64,000 nucleotides of DNA from Macrostomum lignano (lineage: Eukaryota): NCBI GenBank assembly GCA_002269645.1, contig NIVC01002579.1, forward strand, positions 1-64,000, written 5' to 3'. Under the pieces are notes generated by a model. That model saw only the letters and a list, made by a program, of their open reading frames with translations, was not told where the DNA came from and did no database searches. Of the stretch, positions 59,914 through 64,000 are shown in pieces (positions within the stretch are counted from its first letter, which is position 1; each line of letters starts with the position of its first letter). The position numbers and the translations under genes are program-made.

Positions 59914-62574
59914 ATGGGCAACAGCCTGTCCTGCTGTCAGCTGCGGTCGGGACGGCGCCATTCCCCGGAATCCGCGGCTCCGTGCGATCGCTATCTTCAT
60001 CCCCAGATTCCGCTGCATCAGCAGCAGTTGCAGCACCATCAGCAGCTGCATTACCTACGCCAGCATCAGCAGCAGCATCAGCTTCATCAGCAGCATTATC
60101 ACCAGCAGCAGGTTTTATTTGGCAACGGTAAATGGCCGCCTACTGGCGGACCCTACGACTCAAGCAACAGCCTGATGATGACAATGCAGCCTCCCAATCT
60201 GATGCCGCCTCCCGGCCAGCAGTCCTCGGCAGCCCCGGGCGTCGCCATCGAGCACATCAACGATCGCGAGCCGGCCGAGGACAACTGCGATCCCAGCACC
60301 AACGCCGCGGTCAGGCCGCTGTTTCTGCGCGGCCTTCGCCAGTTGTGCGCCGCCCGACGTTCGGGAACTTCAGCAGACGCCGCCGCATCTTCTCGGGCGT
60401 CCAGTTCAACCTCGCATCTGGTGACAGACGATTCAACTCTGTGGCAGCCGGCTCTAAAGCCCGCAGTGCGCGGCCTCGCTCTGGCGGTGTTCTTCCACGT
60501 CAGGCACAGACGGACCGCCAGGCCGCAGCGAGGGCGCTATTTGGAGATCTTCGACGAGGTCTTGCACCCGCTGCAGGCTGGCCCGGAGGCTGCCGAGGCG
60601 GCTGCCAGAGAGCCGGACCATCGGGCTGTGTACAGGTGGGTGTTCCAGAGTGACTAGTTGTGTTCCAGAGTGACTAGTTGTGCTCAAGAGTGACTAGTTA
60701 TGTTCCAGAGTGACTAGTTGTGTTCCAGAGTGACTAGTTGTGCTCCAGAGTGACTAGTTGTGCTCCAAAGTGACTAGTTGTGCTCCAGAGTGACTAGTTG
60801 TGCTCCAGAGTGACTAGTTGTGCTCCAGAGTGACTAGTTGTGCTCCAAAGTGACTAGTTGTGCTCCAGAGTGACTAGTTGTGCTCCAGAGTGACTAGTTG
60901 TTCTCCAGAGTGACTAGTTGTGTTCCAGAGTGACTAGTTGTGCTCCAGAGTGACTAGTTGTGTTCCAGAGTGACTAGTTGTGTTCCAGAGTGACTAGTTG
61001 TTCTCCAGAGTGACTAGTTGTGCTCCAGAGTGACTAGTTGTGTTCCAGAGTGACTAGTTGTGTTCCAGAGTGACTAGTTGTGCTCCAGAGTGACTAGTTG
61101 TGCTCCAGAGTGACTAGTTGTGCTCCAGAGTGACTAGTTGTGCTCCAGAGTGACTAGTTGTGCTCCAGAGTGACTAGTTGTGTTCCAGAGTGACTAGTTG
61201 TGTTCCAGAGTGACTAGTTGTGCTCCAGAGTGACTAGTTGTGCTCCAGAGTGACCAGTTGTGTTCCAGAGTGACTAGTTGTGCTCCAGAGTGACTAGTTG
61301 TGTTCCAGAGTGACTAGTTGTGCTCCAGAGTGACTAGTTGTGCTCCAGAGTGACTAGTTGTGCTCCAGAGTGACTAGTTGTGCTCCAGAGTGACTAGTTG
61401 TGCTCCAGAGTGACTAGTTGTGCTCCAGAGTGACTAGTTGTGTTCCAGAGTGACTAGTTGTGCTCCAGAGTGACTAGTTGTAATCAATGAGTTTCAATTG
61501 TTTCAACCGCCCCTTCATCCCTCGCGGACGCAGATTCGTGCGCACTCTGTTCTGCGCCGCCCAGCTCACTGCCGAATGCGCGGTGGTCTCCCTGGTGTAC
61601 CTGGAGCGCCTGTTGGCTGCAGCGGAGATCGACCTGTACCCCGGCAACTGGCGCCGCTGTCTGCTGGGCTCCGTGTTGCTGGCAAGCAAAGTGTGGGACG
61701 ATCAGGCAGTGTGGAACGTTGATTACTGCCAGATACTCAAGGACGCCAAAGTGGAGGATATGAACGAACTGGAACGGAAATACCTGGAGCTGATACAGTT
61801 CAATATCAATGTGCCCGCGCCTGTCTATGCAAGGTTGGGTCATTGTTCTGCGTTTGTGATTTTCCTTCCAAAGAATGAGCCTCTAGAAATCTGACCCTAT
61901 GAGTCTTCCCTACCGAGGAATCTGTCCTACCAAGGAATCTACTCTACCGAGGAATCTGTCCTACCGAAGAATCTACCCTATCAAAGAATCTACCCTACCA
62001 AAGAATCTACCCTACCAAAGAATCTACCCTACCGAAGAATCTACCCTAACTAATCTATCTACCCTAAAGAGGATATACCCTACCCTAGGAATCTACCCTA
62101 CCCTAGGAATCTACCCTACCCTAGGAATCTACCCCACCCTAGGAATCTACCCTACCCTAGGAATCTACCCTACTAAGAAGTCTACCTATACAATTCTAAC
62201 CTGTCTACCCCAGAAATCTGTGTAGGAATCTACCTATCATCTCACTACTCCCCAACAGATACTACTTTGAACTGCGCAGTCTTGTAACTGCGCACGGCAT
62301 GGGGCAGCCGGCCGGCCGCCTGACGCGCGATCGAGCCGCCTGCCTCGGCCTCGGCCGGGAATTCTCTGGCAGCTCGGCCGCCAGGCCGCAACAGGCTTCG
62401 GCGCAGCAGCAACAGCAGCAGCAGGTGTCGGCTGTTGCTGTACCCGCGGCTGCTTCTAGTAGCAGCGGTGGAACAGCAAAGCCGGCTGCTTCAGTGATTC
62501 AGGCTGCCAGAGTAAGGCGGGCCGCGTCGTGTCAGCAGCTGCAGCAAGCGCCGGCGCCTTTCGTGCTGTCCTGA
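59914..62574 (+). CDS. CCNY: Cyclin Y-like protein. Exons 59914-60635, 61534-61833, 62259-62574
   Basis: MGNSLSCC acylation motif; [93 protein letters not shown] match CCNY as recalled. Phase-2 GT-AG junctions. Confidence 0.95.
60640..61480. repeat. 20-bp minisatellite, CCNY intron 1 (GTGCTCCAGAGTGACTAGTT)
   Basis: About 42 copies starting at intron position +5. Confidence 0.97.
61895..62235. repeat. Degenerate 18-bp minisatellite, CCNY intron 2 (AGGAATCTACCCTACCCT)
   Basis: About 18 copies. Confidence 0.9.
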
Positions 62575-62814
62575 ATGTTTTAAAAATATTTTAATAGCGT
62601 TTAAATTCGGATTTTCATGTCGATGCTGTTTTATTTTGGACTGTACATATTGCACTACTATTAGTAGCTGGAACTATGGATATCTGCTGCTGCAGATTCT
62701 ACTATGGAGCTTGTCGCGCGTACAGTAAGTATACTGGCTGAATCTAAAAAGAGTCAGGGCCGCTATATAGACTCTGGACCAGCGCGAGTGCCTGTCTGCG
62801 TTATTAACTGCCCA

Positions 62815-63305
62815 CTCTAACCCTAATCTAAACCCTAATCTAAACCCTAAACCTAACCATAAATCTAATCTAAACCCTAAACCTAAATCTAACCTAAACC
62901 CTAACCTACCTAAACCTACCTAAACCTACCTAAACCCTAAACCTAACCCCAAATCTAACCTAACCCTAACCTAACCTAAACCTAACCTAAACCCTAAACC
63001 TAACTTAAACCTAACCTAAACCTACCTAAACCTACCGAAACCCTAAACCTAACTCAAACCTAACCTAAACCTACATAAACTCTTAACCTAACCTAAACCC
63101 TGACCCTAAATCTAACCTGAACCTAACCTAAACCCTAAACCCAAATTTAACCCTATACCTAACCTAAACCCTAAACCCAAATTTAACCCTATACCTAACC
63201 TAAACCCTAACCTAAGCCTCAAACCTAACCTAAACTATGAACTTAACCTAAAACCTTACCCTAACAACCTAAAGCCTAGCTCTAGCAACCTAAACCCTAA
63301 ACTAA
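62815..63305. repeat. Degenerate telomere-like tract (CCCTAA / AACCT mixture)
   Basis: Many CCCTAA hexamers interspersed with AACCT and CCTAAA. Confidence 0.8.
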
Positions 63306-64000
63306 ATCATCGGGAGTGGATTGTACTCCCCCTGCGTACACATCTGTGTCCGTTGTCAGGGATCAGCTGATTGACCATTACTGCTAGCCTCCTCGATGGC
63401 TGCTGATCGGTGAACTGTCAAGTTGATTTGCTGCTTTGCTTTGTCCACAGCCCCCGTGCAAATAAGCTTAACTAGCTAAGTCTCTAGTCTTAGAAGTCCC
63501 TACTAAATGTAGAATTCATGCGAAGGATATTGAAGCTCCAGTACCTGTTCTGTTTGGCACTGTGATTTCTCTTTGCGGTTATATACTACTAAACTTATAT
63601 CTTAACTGCTAGTCACTTCTTCTCTCATCACTGAAAGTAAATTTATTGCCTTTACCTGTCTGCTTTTGCGCGCGTAGTTTGTTCCCAACCCTGCTTCATA
63701 CAATACCGGCTAGTGTACAGATTTTAGCGTACATTTTGTGTACTTTACTGTATTTAATAAACTAATAATATTGTGTCTTACAAATAGTTCTGCTATCTTA
63801 TTGGCTTTTTATAAGTAGTACATGTAGTACGGTGTATCGACATATCTTAAAATTAAGTTAAATTTTAACTTATCGATTTTCTGTCAATGGTTTTTTATGT
63901 ATGCAACGCGCGGTTAGCGTTTAGATTAGATTAAAGTTATTATTATTTTTTTATAATCTCAATTTCTAGTGGCAGGCTCTACTCATCCTAATGACCTTGT

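Overview
Eukaryotic (metazoan) genomic DNA with spliceosomal GT-AG introns, GC-rich exons in an AT-rich background and very dense tandem repeats. The composition resembles the flatworm Macrostomum lignano (inference, not checked). Five multi-exon genes were reconstructed by hand. On the minus strand: a Zwilch (RZZ kinetochore) homologue with an apparent frameshift, Rab33, and an SLC5 sodium/solute symporter. On the plus strand: USP8 and cyclin Y. There is also a candidate small orphan membrane-protein gene. Mobile elements: a non-autonomous hAT element (8-bp TSD), two copies of a tRNA-derived SINE, a truncated CsRn1-like Ty3/gypsy element (5' LTR, PBS, slippery site), RTE fragments, a PHD-finger I-group LINE fragment, a short LINE derivative, and a LOA-like LINE with a ~166-bp flanking duplication. 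Most striking: 18 of 27 reconstructed introns are filled by tandem arrays, mostly a different unit in each and often starting within a few bases of the splice donor. Two large arrays are amplifications of the Pol III A-box head of the SINE. All coordinates were read by eye; no database searches were run.
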